Shown here: positions 37,785 to 51,054 of the stretch, in pieces
Position numbering within the stretch: position 1 is the stretch's first letter
Layout of the letters: the number at the start of each line of letters is the position of its first letter
From: Leucoraja ocellata
Taxonomy: Eukaryota
DNA length: 64,000 bases
Reading direction: 5' to 3'
Assembly: GCA_036785375.1 (NCBI GenBank)
Contig: JAWMAR010000462.1
Span: 558,001-622,000, forward strand
Position numbers and translations under genes: made by a program
Notes under the pieces: generated by a model
What the model was told of the DNA's origin: nothing
Databases searched by the model: none
The model's input: only the letters and a program-made list of their open reading frames with translations

Positions 37785-38750
37785 CATAGGGTCATAGAAT
37801 GATACAGCATGGAAACAGCCCCTTCGGCCTAACTTCCCCACACCAGCCAACATGTCACAGCTACACTAGTGCCGCCTGCCTGCGTTTGGCCCATATCCCT
37901 CCAAACCTGTCCTATCCATGTACCTGTCTAACTGTTTCATAAACTTTGGGATAGTCCCTGCCTCAACTACCTCTTCTGGCAGCTTGTTCCACACACCTAC
38001 TTTGTGTGAAGAAGTTACCCCTCAGATTCCTATTAAATCTTTTCCCCTTCACCTTAAACCTATGTCCTCTGGTCCTTGCCCTACTGTGGGCAAGAAACTC
38101 TGTGCATCTACCCAATCTATTTCTCTCCTGATTTTATATACCTCTATAAGATGACCCCTCATTCTCCTGCGCTTCAAGGCATATAGTCGCAGCCTACTCA
38201 ACCTCTCTCTACAGCTCAGACCCTCTAGTCCTGGCAACATCCTCGTAAATTATCTCTTACTCTTTCCAGCTTGACAACAGCTTTCCTATAACATGTTTCC
38301 CAGAACTGAACACAATATTCTATATGTGGCTTCACCAACGTCTTATACAACTGCAACATGACTTCCCAACATCTATACTCAATATTCTTACTGATGCAGG
38401 CCAATGTGCTAAAAGCCTTTTTGACCTTCACCTTAAACCTGTGACTCCACCTTGAAAGAAACATGCACCTGCACTCCTAGATCCTTCTGCTCTCAAACAC
38501 TCCCCAGAGCCCTACCATTCACTGTGTAGGTTCTGCACATGTTAGACCCCCAAATGCAACACCTTACATTTCACTGTATTAATTCCATCAACCATTCCTC
38601 AGCCCAGCTGCCCAATCGATCAAGATCCTGCTGCAATTTTTCACAACCATCTTCACTATCTGTAAAATCACTCACTTTTGTATCATCTGCGAACTTGGTT
38701 AATCTTGCCCTGTATATTCTCATCCAAATCATTGATATAGATGGAACATA
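37785..38750 (-). mobile_element. CR1 LINE 3' portion
   Basis: VMLQLYKTLVKPHIEYCVQFW, MLPGLEGLSCRERLSRL...RGHLIEVYKI and a CR1 3' UTR. Confidence 0.88.
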
Positions 38751-41115
38751 GTAATGGGCAACAATAACAACAAAGCAAACGGAGATAAAATGTAGTCAGA
38801 GACAGTAAGACTGACTATATTTTTATCTGTTTGCTTTGTTGTTCTCCCAACTAACAATGATATATACTATATTTCCCTTGATTTCCATTCCCTTTGTCCT
38901 ATTTTCACATCTTATACTTCCTTATCTATGTATCTCCTTCTCCCCTGACATCAGTCTGAAAAGGGTCTTGACCCAAAACGTCACCCATTCCTTCTCTCCA
39001 GAGATGCTGCTTGTCCTGCTGAGTTACTCCAGCATATTGTGTCCATCATTGGTTTAAACCAGCATCTGAAGCTCCTTCCTACACTTAAAGAAGATTTGTT
39101 CCTCTGTCCCACAAGATTTCCATTTATTCATTTTTATCTTTTTCAGCTTTATTGCTTTTAATAAGGTGTCTACCCATATTCACTTCCATAACTACATTAG
39201 TTTCCTTAACAAAAGTTTCCAATTCAGCTGATTCCATGTGCATTTGAAATGAAAGCCCAGTCTTCACATGTTGGATTAGAGTGATTTGGCACAATCAATA
39301 TTTTTCATGCATGTTGAGATCCATACGATGTTATGTGTCAGCTCATGCATGTTTTTGATCTCTCCCTTCAACGCCATACAACCTGCTCTTTCTCTACACA
39401 GTCTGATTTACTATTTCACTATAAACAAAAACATCAACAATTCTTCCATGTTTATTTTCCCCTTCACGTTCCTCTGTTCCCAGCTGTTCAACCAATTTTA
39501 CCCCTTTCATTATTTCTTGTGACCTTCCCTTCTCTCAGCACAAATAATTGGTCTCCGGACCTCTGCCACATCCCCTTGCATTCCCAGCTCAATTAATTTG
39601 GAGCTCCTTTTTCTGTTGCCTTTGCCTTTCTGTGTTTTTCCTTGGCTAGGAACTTTCAGACAGTCAACACGTTCCTCCATCCAGTACTCAGAATTCCCAC
39701 TTGGACTCCATTCTCTCGCGTTTCATCCTATCTATCCATTTCACTGACTTCTTGACTTGCCCTGTGAGCTTGCTGTGGTCTATTAACTAACGTTGTTGCC
39801 ATTGAACACAAGGATACTGGAGTTGTTGTATGATGTACAAACCTACCTGGGTCCTGCTCTCTGATGCCACCTCATATCTCCCTCTACACCATGGCCCCAT
39901 CATAGACCACTTAATTGTTTAAGCAGAAATGTTTTAAAAAGATCTGATTTAAGGTCATTGACCTGTCGTTATCCCTGCTTCTTTCTCCCCAGGTACTGCC
40001 TGATCATCTAACTATTTCCACTATTTTTTGCTTAATTTAAGATTTCCAGTATCTGCAACTAAAGATGGGGAAGAAATTCTGCTTTTGCCACTGCACAAGA
40101 GAAATCTCCTTGAATTCTGGACATCAGCTGCGTACTGCAAACCATTCAAGTTGCCTTTATTTTTTGTGCCGTTGTGTGGAAATCATTTCTATTTCAGATG
40201 AAAACTATACTGAAGGAAAAGCCTCTCGCAGTTTTTGGAAATGCATCACAGGGCAGCGTTGCGAGTTCAGTACTGCGAGTTCAGGCACCGTCTCTAAACA
40301 GCTCAATCTTCTTCGAAATCAAGGACGCAGAAACTATGTCCGAGCAAATTCAAGTGTTGAATGACACCCTCCAGAAGAAACTATAAAAACTACATTGACA
40401 TGACGATTGAAGGTTGGCACTCGATCTTTACATAATGAAATATTTTCTTATTTTAACTGCAACTTTAATTTTGCACGAATAAATAATGAATTCGCAATAA
40501 ATTGTAAAATCAGAAACACGATACGCCAGAGCCACAAAGAGCACACCTAATTCAATTCATATTGTATAAGCATCAGAAATAGTTTAGAGATTGTGTATTA
40601 AAAAACACAACCACTACAAAATCATTCCGGTTTTACAGTTGTTCCCTTACTTGGAATTGACAGATCTGCAGCATGTCTGCCTTGCGGAGGAAACGGGAAG
40701 GTGAATTCACACGGCTCTCCGTCTCAACCACAATACTATCCCTGCACTGTTGACTTCCCTTCATATTAACTGTCAGTTGTTCTTACGTGAATAATATGTT
40801 ATAATCTAAACTATCTGCAGTGTTAATAGATACTTTGAAATCTATAGGCACGAACCACAGTGGATACAAGTCATCCATATGTGGAAACGCCAGGCTAATA
40901 AGGGTTAAATTTTATTTTGATTGAACAATGTGTCTCAATGCATTCCCGGGGAATCAAGGCAGTTTCATTTGTCACTTGGGGTTGTTAGATCAAAGAACAC
41001 CCTGGTCATTATAGCAAGAGAAATGTGGGTTTAACCCATTTCCTGTCCGCCGGAGCCCGCAACTCCCCTGAATATCCGAAGTTATCAAATGCTTTCGATT
41101 AAGTTTTGAACTCAC

Positions 41116-41165
41116 CCCCCGAAGGCAGCAGCTTTGCTGGAGTCCGGGACTGCCGCCGTCTCCAT
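41116..41165 (-). CDS. COL27A1: COL27A1 exon 1, coding part (50 bp)
   Basis: GGG ATG G (strong Kozak context) with in-frame stops just upstream. Encodes METAAVPDSSKAAAFG plus GG, then donor gtgagt. Phase 2 matches exon 2. The AAAFGG end resembles the AAARGG end of mammalian exon 1, and the exon lies in a CpG-enriched region. Confidence 0.85.
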
Positions 41166-41770
41166 CCCGTTACTTCATTATCTTTCTGAGTCCCATTGGG
41201 GAGAAAGCAGACACATCTGACAACATCTGCCTGTTCATTCCATTGACTTCTTGGAAACTTTAGGTTGAAAAAAATGGGCTGGGGAAAAGTAAGCAAACTT
41301 TGGAGCCGATTGAAGTCTTGAAGATCGAACCGTGCCGGTCTCTCGATGTGTTGCACCGACTCTCAATCCCATTTAACACAGAGCAGATGCAGAGTGTTCC
41401 CAGCGAGCGAGGAAAGCTACAATTTTTTTTGTGTTTGTGCATAAAAAAAACTCTTAGGAAAAAATAAAAAACCTATAAATCCCAACGGGACCGAGCGCAA
41501 GACTTTAGGGGAGGGGGCAAGAGGTTCACCCTCAGCTTGATAGTTTCAGAGCTGTAGGCAAATCCCACTCCCACCGTGAATAACCCAGAGGTCTCGACAT
41601 TTCCGAGCCGAACAAACTCCAACTGAAACCGCTCGAAAGCAGCTGGAAAGGGCAAAGAAGGATTTCAAAGCGAGGAAAGTTTATTTTAATTATAACCTCT
41701 CTACTGCCGCCCCACGACGAGGAATGCAAACTGCAAACCGACTCCGATATCAAAACAAATCCGGGCCTTG
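41166..41770 (-). promoter_or_regulatory. Putative COL27A1 5' UTR and core promoter
   Basis: CpG-enriched and free of recognisable repeats. On the minus strand a GC box (GGGGCGG, 41713-41707) precedes a TATA-like TATAATTAAA (41694-41685) and a pyrimidine-rich stretch near 41670-41645. The TSS position is inferred. Confidence 0.45.
41170..41196 (-). promoter_or_regulatory. Upstream ORF (MGLRKIMK*) ending 4 nt before the COL27A1 start codon
   Basis: ATG GGA CTC AGA AAG ATA ATG AAG TAA cggg ATG read directly on the minus strand. Confidence 0.55.
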
Positions 41771-42929
41771 ATTGACAATAGGCTTTGGCTGATCTGCCAA
41801 ATGTGATTTCTAAAAACTCATTACCATAAATTGTAAAACGTTGAACTATAAAGGCAGAAAGAAACCTAAGAGATTAAAATCACTTGTTTTTACTGATATC
41901 GTTAAGAAACTGATATGACAAATATTATAAACAAATGTGGAAAATATACTAAAATGGATATAGCAAAGCTGCTGCCTTGGAGGGGAGAGGGTGACAGAGC
42001 AACAGTTCAAACCAGGAAAAGTTAAGTTATGGGCCAAGTCCCTTCAGCCTGAAGAAAGATCTCGACCCAAAACGTCGTCTGTCAATTCCAGTCCACAGAT
42101 GCTGCCTGGCTCGCTGAGTTCCTCCAGCATTTTTTAAATTAAGGTTTAGAGGGATAGCCAAATGCAGGCACATGGGACTAGTTCAAGAAGGCATTTTGGT
42201 CAAATTTGGACGGATTTGACCGAACGGCCAGTTCAATGCTGTACAACTCTATAATTCGAGTTTTATCTTTGGTAAACTACGAAGGTTTATTAATACATTG
42301 AACAGTACAAAAAATGATCATTTTGAGATTACTACATGGCAACGTTTAAACTGTAGAAGTATAAATCAATGTTGTGGCATATGCCTGTAAGAATATCAAT
42401 CTTTGAAGATGAACAGTGATGGATAAAACGAAAATAATGTTAAATTAATCAGATGCAAAATACTGCAGATGCTGAAAATCTGAGAAAAAAATCCAAAAAT
42501 GCTGCAAATGCTCGACGGGTCAAGGAGCATTTATAAAGTAACTGGGTTAATACCTTATTAGATCATTGACTTTTTATCAAAACAAATGATAAACGGTAAT
42601 CGACCTCAGTTGTCAACTCCATTCTTTCCCCACACATACTGTCAAACTTGCTGGGTATTTTCTGTTTTATTATTCATTTACTCGCCCTACGGAAAACCAA
42701 TTATCTTTCTCTGCTAGTATACACTTGTAAACTTCATTGTGTAAATCCAGTGTCTTGTTCGTTTATCAGCAGAACGCTCATGTGAAATATTGTCTATTTA
42801 TACTAAGATATTAACTACATACCGCGTGAGTGTGAGCATAGCTTGGAAATAAAATGTTTATTTGAATTATCAAGAATAATACGTGTGTATGTATCATTTA
42901 TGTGTATGGCGTTTATATTTATGTTCAGG

Positions 42930-42932
<3 letters not shown>

Positions 42933-42980
<48 letters not shown>
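42933..42980. repeat. (TG)24 microsatellite
   Basis: Read directly. Confidence 0.97.
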
Positions 42981-42983
<3 letters not shown>

Positions 42984-42999
42984 ACGAGAGTGCGTGTGC

Positions 43000-43530
43000 A
43001 TAGAAACGTGGAAAATAGGTGCAAGAGTAGGCCATTCGGCCCTTCGAGCCAGCACCGCCATTCAATATGATCATGGCTGATCATCCACAATCAGTACCCC
43101 GTTCCTACCTTCTCCTCATATCCCTTGATTCCGCTAGCCCTAAGAGTTCCATCTAACTCTCTGTTGAATGCACCTAGTGAATCGGCCTCTACAGCCTTCT
43201 GAGGCAGAGAATGCCACAAATCACAACTCTCTGGACGAAAAAGTTTTTCGTCATCTCAGCTATAAATGGCCTATCCCTTATTCTTAAGCTGTGGCTCCTG
43301 GTTCTGGATTCCCCCAACATCGGGAACATGTTTCGTACATCTAGCGTGTCCAATCCCGTAATAATTGTATATGTTTCTATAAGATCCCCTCTCGTCCTTC
43401 TAAATTATAGTGATTGCAAGCCCAGTCGTTCCATTCTTTCATCATATGACAGTCCCGCCATCCCGGGAATTAACCTCGTGAACCTTGGCTGCACACTCTC
43501 AATAGTAAGAATGTCCTTCCTCAAATTAGT
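43000..43530 (-). mobile_element. CR1 LINE 3' end
   Basis: Reverse complement of the same family as 28844-29330 (ggccattcggcccttcgagcc; cccgggaattaacctcgtgaacc). Confidence 0.88.
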
Positions 43531-46500
43531 AGTACAAGATTGTGCATGTGAATGGAGTGAATAAGATTTAGTTGGCGATTAAATTGGGGGCGCTAGAGAG
43601 TCAATAAAGACTATTTTCTCTGTTTCTAATGCAGTCCCTGAGTTTATCTATTATTTAAATGCTGAACTGGATAGGTTAAGAACCAAACATTTAGAGATTC
43701 ATCGCATAAGATGCTTTAGCGAAGATTCTGCTGTTTTTGCATGTTTTAGTTAAATGAAAAGTAAATAATGATATCGTGGCCATCTCTATCCAGCAACCCA
43801 TTCCGTGGTGATTTTCGTCAAAATTCACAGGATGATTCTTATTTCCCCAGGAGGGTTCCGACTCTGCGAGCATGTTTCTGAACACCTGCAATGTACGCGC
43901 CGACCAAGATGTCAGGTGACTCAGGTCTGGCAAACATGTAATACTGGTGTGTGTACGTGTGATTTCGGGACGTGTCGTAGTTTCAAGAAGTTTGTCTTGT
44001 GTATCTGCAGATAAATTTGGGCAGAATATGTACATATAGATGAGTGTGGCAGATGTTTGCGTGGGCGCCTCGGCGTTTAGAATGATGTGTCAGCAAATAT
44101 TGGAACCGTCCAACCCCGTGTTCTTAAACGCTAATGAATCGTACAATAACGGGACTTATCGACATTAACTCCAATCGCCACATATTACATCAAAGGTGAA
44201 ATCAAACAACCCTACGCTTTTTCAGGTGAAAGATGAATTCCAACAGGTAACTCCCTGCAACCCTACCAACATATATTTGGTTTAATGCGACAAAATGAGA
44301 ACTGACTACAAAGAGAAAGTTCAGATCGCTCAGAAAAAAAGTCTACAAAATAAAAGTTCCAAATGGCTCATTACAATGCGCATCCATGTCTCTCTCCTTT
44401 TCATATTTCCCTGCAGCAGCCATATGAACTTTATGGTATTCAGCTGTGCGGATGGAAACTTTGTCTCGTCTCCCCATTGGATCTCGCCACGCTGAATCAT
44501 AGCTTTTGGAAAACCACACGAAGAAATCTACTAAAATTGTAAAATGTGTCCCCAACCATAATGCGCGGACTCCTACCAAAATACAAATGAGTACAGTACT
44601 GAACCGAAAGTGCCCAGGCAGCCGGTGCAAATGCAACATATTCATCTGAAAGTTTTCGCCATAACTTTAAATTATGCTCAAAATAGAAATCACAGCTATA
44701 TTTTGCATAATCTGTCGTAAAGTTTAAGTGTATGATTTGTTAACACCTAAATGAGATGTGTGTTTTCGGGTGGGGGGGGAGGGAGTCGTTTCTGAGCAAA
44801 TGGGCCAATCCTAATTAACACGCTCCAGGATGCCCATCGGCTTTTCGACCCAGTGGAGAAATTCAGCTTTACAGTTAAATATAAAAAATCTTACTTTTTT
44901 GCGAGTGTAGAGCGTCTGCAGTCTCTCCTTCGAGTCGCTAAATACATTTGTATGCATTTGTCCCAGTAGCTAAATCCAAGCTTTAATCAGAACGTGACTC
45001 TGAGCTGGCCCACGGAATGGAGGAGTCCCTTGCATTCATTGGGTGAAGAGCGAAAATATCCCAACAGAGAAAAAAGATATAAATCTCCTCCGCCCACCTA
45101 TTTGGGCAACAATCCTAAAGTGTGCGGGCTGTTAGTTTGCAATTCCAGGAGTGGCTTTTCTTCTTTTGGTGACGATTTTACTCATTGAGGAACGATCCAA
45201 ATTCCAGGGAACTCCGGTACCTGCAGGCTTACTGGATGAGCGGAGCTGATCTGCGAGAATGTTGAACGCACGCGGGCTTGTAACTGACGACTGCTCTTTC
45301 CCATTTAAATAGTGCTTTACTACAGACTGGGGTTTCTGGCTCCAAGTGCCGAGGTGTCCGGTTTCAGCACTCATTCACTTTAATGAGCCGGTATCCTGCC
45401 TCTAGGATAAGACCTCGCCTTTAACTCAGATGAAGCTAAATTCAGTAACCCATTCTTTCTCTCTTCCTCACTGACTTTGGTCATGACTTCACCCGCTTAG
45501 CAGCATTCTAGCGAAACGTAAAATTAACTTAAAATAAGACTATTTCCAAGTCTCCGAACTCGCCGTCGCGGCAAACGCCAATGTTCAACACACTTTCAAA
45601 GTGATAGCTTCCCCTCCGCTCTAATTCCGCGTTTATCAACATAAAAGCGCGAAACGGTGTCATTCGCCCACCTATCAAACGCAACTGAGATTGATGTACG
45701 ATTTTAGTGCAGTTTAGACCAGATGAGGTAACGTGTAGGGGAAATGTAAGGTGAGAAATTTTGGATGAAACAATCTGAGACATAGTATTTGTATTGCAGA
45801 ATAGCTGTGATGTTAATTCCGATCGTGTGTCAGTCATGGCTCAGTTTGATTCTATTTGGAGCGGTTGTTAGTTTAAGTTCCAGAGAGATGTGTTCACAAA
45901 GGTATGATCTGTAACTCTGGTTTATGCTAGGCCATCAGAGATGCTGTTTGTGCCGGTGCAGAACTGACGGGTTGCTGTACAGTGGAGGTGTGATTTTCAA
46001 ATAAGATTTTTTTTCTCTCTGATGAAAGTAAAAGGCACTGTTCAAGATTGGCTTGGCCGTCATTCCTGTGGTCAGAGATTCCATTTATCCCTCGTCAAGA
46101 TCAAGAAATCAGATTATCTTGATCATTGTAATTGAGTTGGATGATCAGCCATTATCATATTGAATGGCGGTGCAGGCTAGAAGGGCCGAATGGCCTACTC
46201 CTGCACCTATTTTCTATGTTTCTATTATATTTGTTGAAAGCTTGCGGTACTCAAATCGGTTGCCATTGTTTGAATATTATCAAACTTACCACACTTCAAA
46301 TAACTTACTATGAATTAAGCACATGGGCCATCTGGGATATTAAAAGGCTTTGGATAAATGAAGCAGATCTGTGACGTATTTGTAAAAAGATACTCAAGAG
46401 TTCTTGGATTTAAGAATGTGGGCTCCTTAACCTTCTGAAATGTTAGGAGAACTCGGCACATGCATTCCGTTTGAGTCAAAGACTTCCAGGCAGGAAAATT

Positions 46501-46889
46501 GCATTTCCAGCCTAGTAATATAAATAGGGAACGTAAATAGGGGAGCTGAATGCATTCAGCAGAGTTGGCAGTTTGTTTCAGTTTTCCAGCATTACATTTT
46601 TTTTTGTGTAAACAAAATATTGCTGGTGTTGAACTAATACTACAAATATAACCTCACCCTGAAGGTGTTCTGAACTCCTTCCAATGTTGGAATGATTGGC
46701 ACTTTGCAGCCCTAAAGCCACTGTGCACAATGGAGCACAGTACCCAAAACACATTTTGACGAGAGGACAATGCTCTTTGAACAAGGCTTATTCTGATTTC
46801 CATTGTACTGCCTTAGGTAAAGACCTCAGCATTCTGTTTGCTTTGTTGAATGCCGATTCAAAGCAATTGGAGATAGGAAGTGCCAAAAC

Positions 46890-47700
46890 TACCAAATCAA
46901 TAAAACATTGAGTGTCCACTGACCCATGCCAACTGATTAAAACCTCCTGATTCTGAGGTTCTGGAAAACCAAGAACATTTTCCATATCTCAGGAGCCACC
47001 TCTCTGTGAGGCCATTCATCAATATGAAATCCACCAATGCTCCATGTGAACCAATACAGCCTTTGGCCATCTGAGGAAAAGTGTATAAGAAAATCAAGAC
47101 CTTAAACCTGACACAATGATCCTCGCTTTCCTTTACACTTCAGTGACATGAACTAATTAAAGCAGACATCTCAAAACATCACTGTCTCTACAGAATTCTC
47201 CAAATCTTACAGCAAAATAAGTGAATTAATATCAGCATCCCCTCCACCAAGTCAACATTGCAGACACATGCTCTAATTATACTCACCGTCTCCACCAGGC
47301 CTATTTCTCATGCTCAATACCAGACTCACAAAACAGACACACTGAGCTCCACGAGACTTAAATTGACCAGAATAAAGGAAATCGTTCCTTAAACAAAATG
47401 TCACATCCTCACCAATTTGTAGGAACCCTTACTATATGTCTTCTAAAAATGGTGAATGTGCATTTCCAATGGCACCGGGAACCCGAGTCTCAAGAGGAGC
47501 AAAAAAGTCCATTCTACACAGCAAGGCCTCCCATAAATACCTAACAGCAACAACCCTGCCCATCCCCAGCATCCTGGAAAACACTTAAACACTTTCTGCA
47601 GCATCTGTGGCAGTGTTTACAGGTCCTAACTTAGCCTTGGCAACCAGGTTAGAAGGCACAACCATGGAGTTGAAACACTATTCTCAACCCCAAGAGATTA
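46890..47700 (+). mobile_element. Decayed RTE-clade LINE fragment
   Basis: Degenerate FPYLRSHLS...EIH...AFGHLRKSV translation around 46975-47090, resembling the RTE/BovB RT C-terminus. Confidence 0.5.
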
Positions 47701-47811
47701 CCTAAAATAAAATCTGAGTATTTTTCATCAACATCTTTAACGATCTCTGCACTAGTTATGTAAAGCTTGTATTAGTTTATTCATAGTATCTTGTCAGACT
47801 GTATCCATTAG

Positions 47812-48150
47812 ATCATAATAGGAGTAGAATTAGGCCATTCGGCCCATCGTCTACTGTGCCATTCAATCATGGCTGATCTATCCCTCCCTCCTAACTCCAT
47901 TCTCCTGCCTTCTCCCCATAACCTCTGACACCTGTACAAATCAAAAACCTATCTATCTCTGCCTTAAAAATATTCACTGACGGCCTCCACAGCCTTTTGT
48001 GGCAAAGAATTCCACAGATTCACCACCCTCTGACTAAACAAATTCCTCCTCATCTCCTTACTAAAAGAACGTCCTTTAATTCTGAGGCTATTACCTCTAG
48101 TCCTAGACTCTCCCACTACTGGAAACATTCTCTCCCCATCCACTCTAACA
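47812..48150 (-). mobile_element. CR1 LINE 3' end
   Basis: RVDGERMFPVVGESRTRGNSLRIKGRSF...FSQRVVNLWNSLPQKAVEA. Confidence 0.85.
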
Positions 48151-51054
48151 AAGCCTTTCCTTATCCAGTCCTGAGCAAGTTGACATTTTCTCAGATGAAA
48201 TAATGTGAAAGCCAATGCCATTGCCTTTGGCCCTCACCACAACTTTGCTATTTTGCCATTTATTCTCTTTGTCTTCTTAGTTCCTGTTTCAGGCTGAACC
48301 AGCCAAATTGTAATGTTGGTATCCCATTGGAGGGTAAACTGATCTATAAACCCCTTGTTGTGTCCACCAGAGAGATTGGTGTCATAACAAAAACTATGCC
48401 CACTGTTGCCTCAGTTCATTTGTTCATGTCCCATGTTACTTTTTCATTACTTCCAGGAAAAATAGTTTAGTTATTCCTTTATAAATAATTTCCAGCCCTG
48501 GATTACAATTTTAGAATGGAATAAAAAATTGGTTTACTAAGTAGCATTAAAACATTGAAACTTGAAACTTCCAGTGTGTTTTTAATTCCAAATTCAGTGG
48601 TAATAGCCTTTTAGAGAAGAAACTCACAGTCTGGCCTATATGGGACTCCAGACTGAATTTTAGCTGGACTCATCAAGAATCTAAATTCCGCCAAACAGCT
48701 GTGTCAAAGCAGAAGAATAAAGCTGGACAGACCACCCCCGGCGTCAATCTAGGGAGGTTATGTTTCAATAGGGCACTGGTGACACCACATCTGGAATACT
48801 GTTCTCCCTATTTAAGTAATGTGAGTAATATGTTAGATCCAGTTCAGTGTATTTGACTGACGAATAAGTGAGAAAGGCTGAACAAGCCATATTAGTATCT
48901 GTTGAAGTTTAGAAGAGTGAGTGGAGACTTGATCCTGAGGGCTTTAGACTGAGTGAATGGGAAGAGGATATTTACTCTCGTAGGAAAATCAGAGGCTGAG
49001 GAGAGACCTGATAAAAGAATACAAAATTATACAAATAATAGACAGCATGGATGGTTAGAAACTTCTCCCAATATTCTATGTCTAAAACTAGTAGCAGAGG
49101 TTTAGAATACGGGGTAAGAAGTTTAGAAGGAATTTGAGGACTTTTTTTGAGAGAGTGGGTGGAAGTTGGATGCACCCTATCTGAATGGGTGGTGGAGACA
49201 GTATTTTCACAGAATTAAGTATCTAGATGAACATTTAATTTCCGAAGACAGAGAAGGCTATGGGCCAAGTGCTGGTAAATAGGATTACTATATTTGACGG
49301 TCAGCATGGACATAGATTCTGCAGCGGTAACGCCATTGAAAACCACACAAAATATTCTGTCAGTTGAAGACAGTTATAGGATGGCACGTGCAGCCTGAAT
49401 GTTACTTGCTACTTTTCAGCTACGTATGAATGTGATCCAGATCTCGCTGCATGTAATCATAGGCAGCCTCATTCTCTGGGGAGTAAGAAGAGCGACAGAG
49501 GTCTAAGTATATGCTGTCAAAAGAGCTCTCTCCCATGGAGCAAAACGTACACAGCTTTTTGATCTATTGTGTACTCAAAGTTTTGGGGATAAGCAAGGAA
49601 GTAGAACTGAAGCCAAGATGAGATGAGCCGAGCAATTATTGAATGGTGGAGGTGACTTAAGTGGCAATATCCGCTACACCTGCTTTTGTTGCCCACATTG
49701 CTATTTTCACTGAAAAGTACTCTTCATTTTTCCTACTCTCTGATCATTAAGTCATATAGGATGTCATTAGTTCCCTGAACATGATAAAGGCTTGCACCAT
49801 GGTAGGCTTCTGCTGACATTTCACACTGCTACCATGTAAAGACATTTAGCTGTCACACTGTGAACATTCTGTGGGTACTGGTGATAAGCATTTCCAGAGT
49901 ATCACATTATACCTGTACATTGGTGTGCCATATAGGAATGCTGAGGCACAGTCCAAAAATATGTTTAGGACTGATATAAGAAGGGTTTCTCATGAAGGGT
50001 GGTAGATGTATGAAACAAGCTGCCGGAGGAGATAGTTGAGGCAGGTACTATCACGATGTTTAAGAAACATTTGGACAGGAACATGGATAGGATAGGTTTA
50101 GGGACATCTGGACCAAACACAGGCAGGTGGGACGTGTAGATTGAGGATGTTGGTTGGCGTGGGCTAGTTGGGTTGAAATGCTTGTTTTCATGCTGTATGA
50201 CTCTATGATTCACCTCATGTGCATTGATTTCACCTCCGCTGTTCCCTGAGGAAGTGAATTCTCGTGGTTCACATATTTGAGACACAATTCCTCTTCATCT
50301 CTACCTTAATTCAACAACCTCACCAAGAGACTAAAGCCATACAGTGCCACAGCTGTGGTCCCACCACATTCTGTACAGTGTCAGAAAGATTGCCATGCTT
50401 TTATGCTCCATCCCCTTTGCAATAGAGACCAGTATTCCAGTTTCCTTCTTTGACAATTGCATCTGAATAATAACTTGCTCTGTTGTATGTACCGGAGCAG
50501 CCAGATATTCTACAATAGCATGCTGCAGTGCCTCTCCAATTGAAAATATTCAGCTTTTCATGAGCAACAACCAATCTGTTGGAGGGACTCAGTAGGTTGA
50601 GTAACATTTGTGGGGTGACAAGGAATTGTTAACATTTCTTACTGTGATCTCACCAAGGCCTGATACACGTTTAGCATAACGTGCCTTCTTCTCAATTCTA
50701 GAATTCTAGAGAAAGAGCTAGTAGCTTCTTTCATGGCTTTGCTTTTCCATGGTGCAACCTTCAGTAACTGCCGTGGTTGTTATCCAAAATCTAACCTGAA
50801 CCCACAGAGATTGGATCTCACTTTTCTTCCTATCAAAATGTACAATTGTCTGTATTGTGTTCCCAACAAGTTGCAATTTTATGCAATGCCCTTATTTACA
50901 ATTTAAACCTACAATTCTTGTCAGGATTTGAAATCTTTTATGTGCCACATTATGTTTACACAATATATTTGCTGTTGGGGAGCAAAGTTGCTCTCTCATG
51001 TCACATTAGTTGAAAGTATGGTTCTTGATCTCCATCATTGTAATCACAATGCAT

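Noticed and set aside
40651-40730. Alternative COL27A1 first exon (ATG CTG CAG ATC TGT CAA TTC CAA|gtaagg, minus strand)
   Set aside because: The donor is good, but the ATG frame ends in phase 0 while exon 2 needs phase 2, and the phase-2 frame has an upstream stop and no ATG. 41165-41116 fits better.
1049-41115. miR-455, the known intronic miRNA of COL27A1
   Set aside because: It lies in a more downstream intron in other vertebrates, and I saw no matching hairpin in introns 1-2.
41099-41356. ORF-track 85-aa ORF overlapping exon 1
   Set aside because: It is in a different frame from the spliced COL27A1 reading frame and reads through the donor to a stop.
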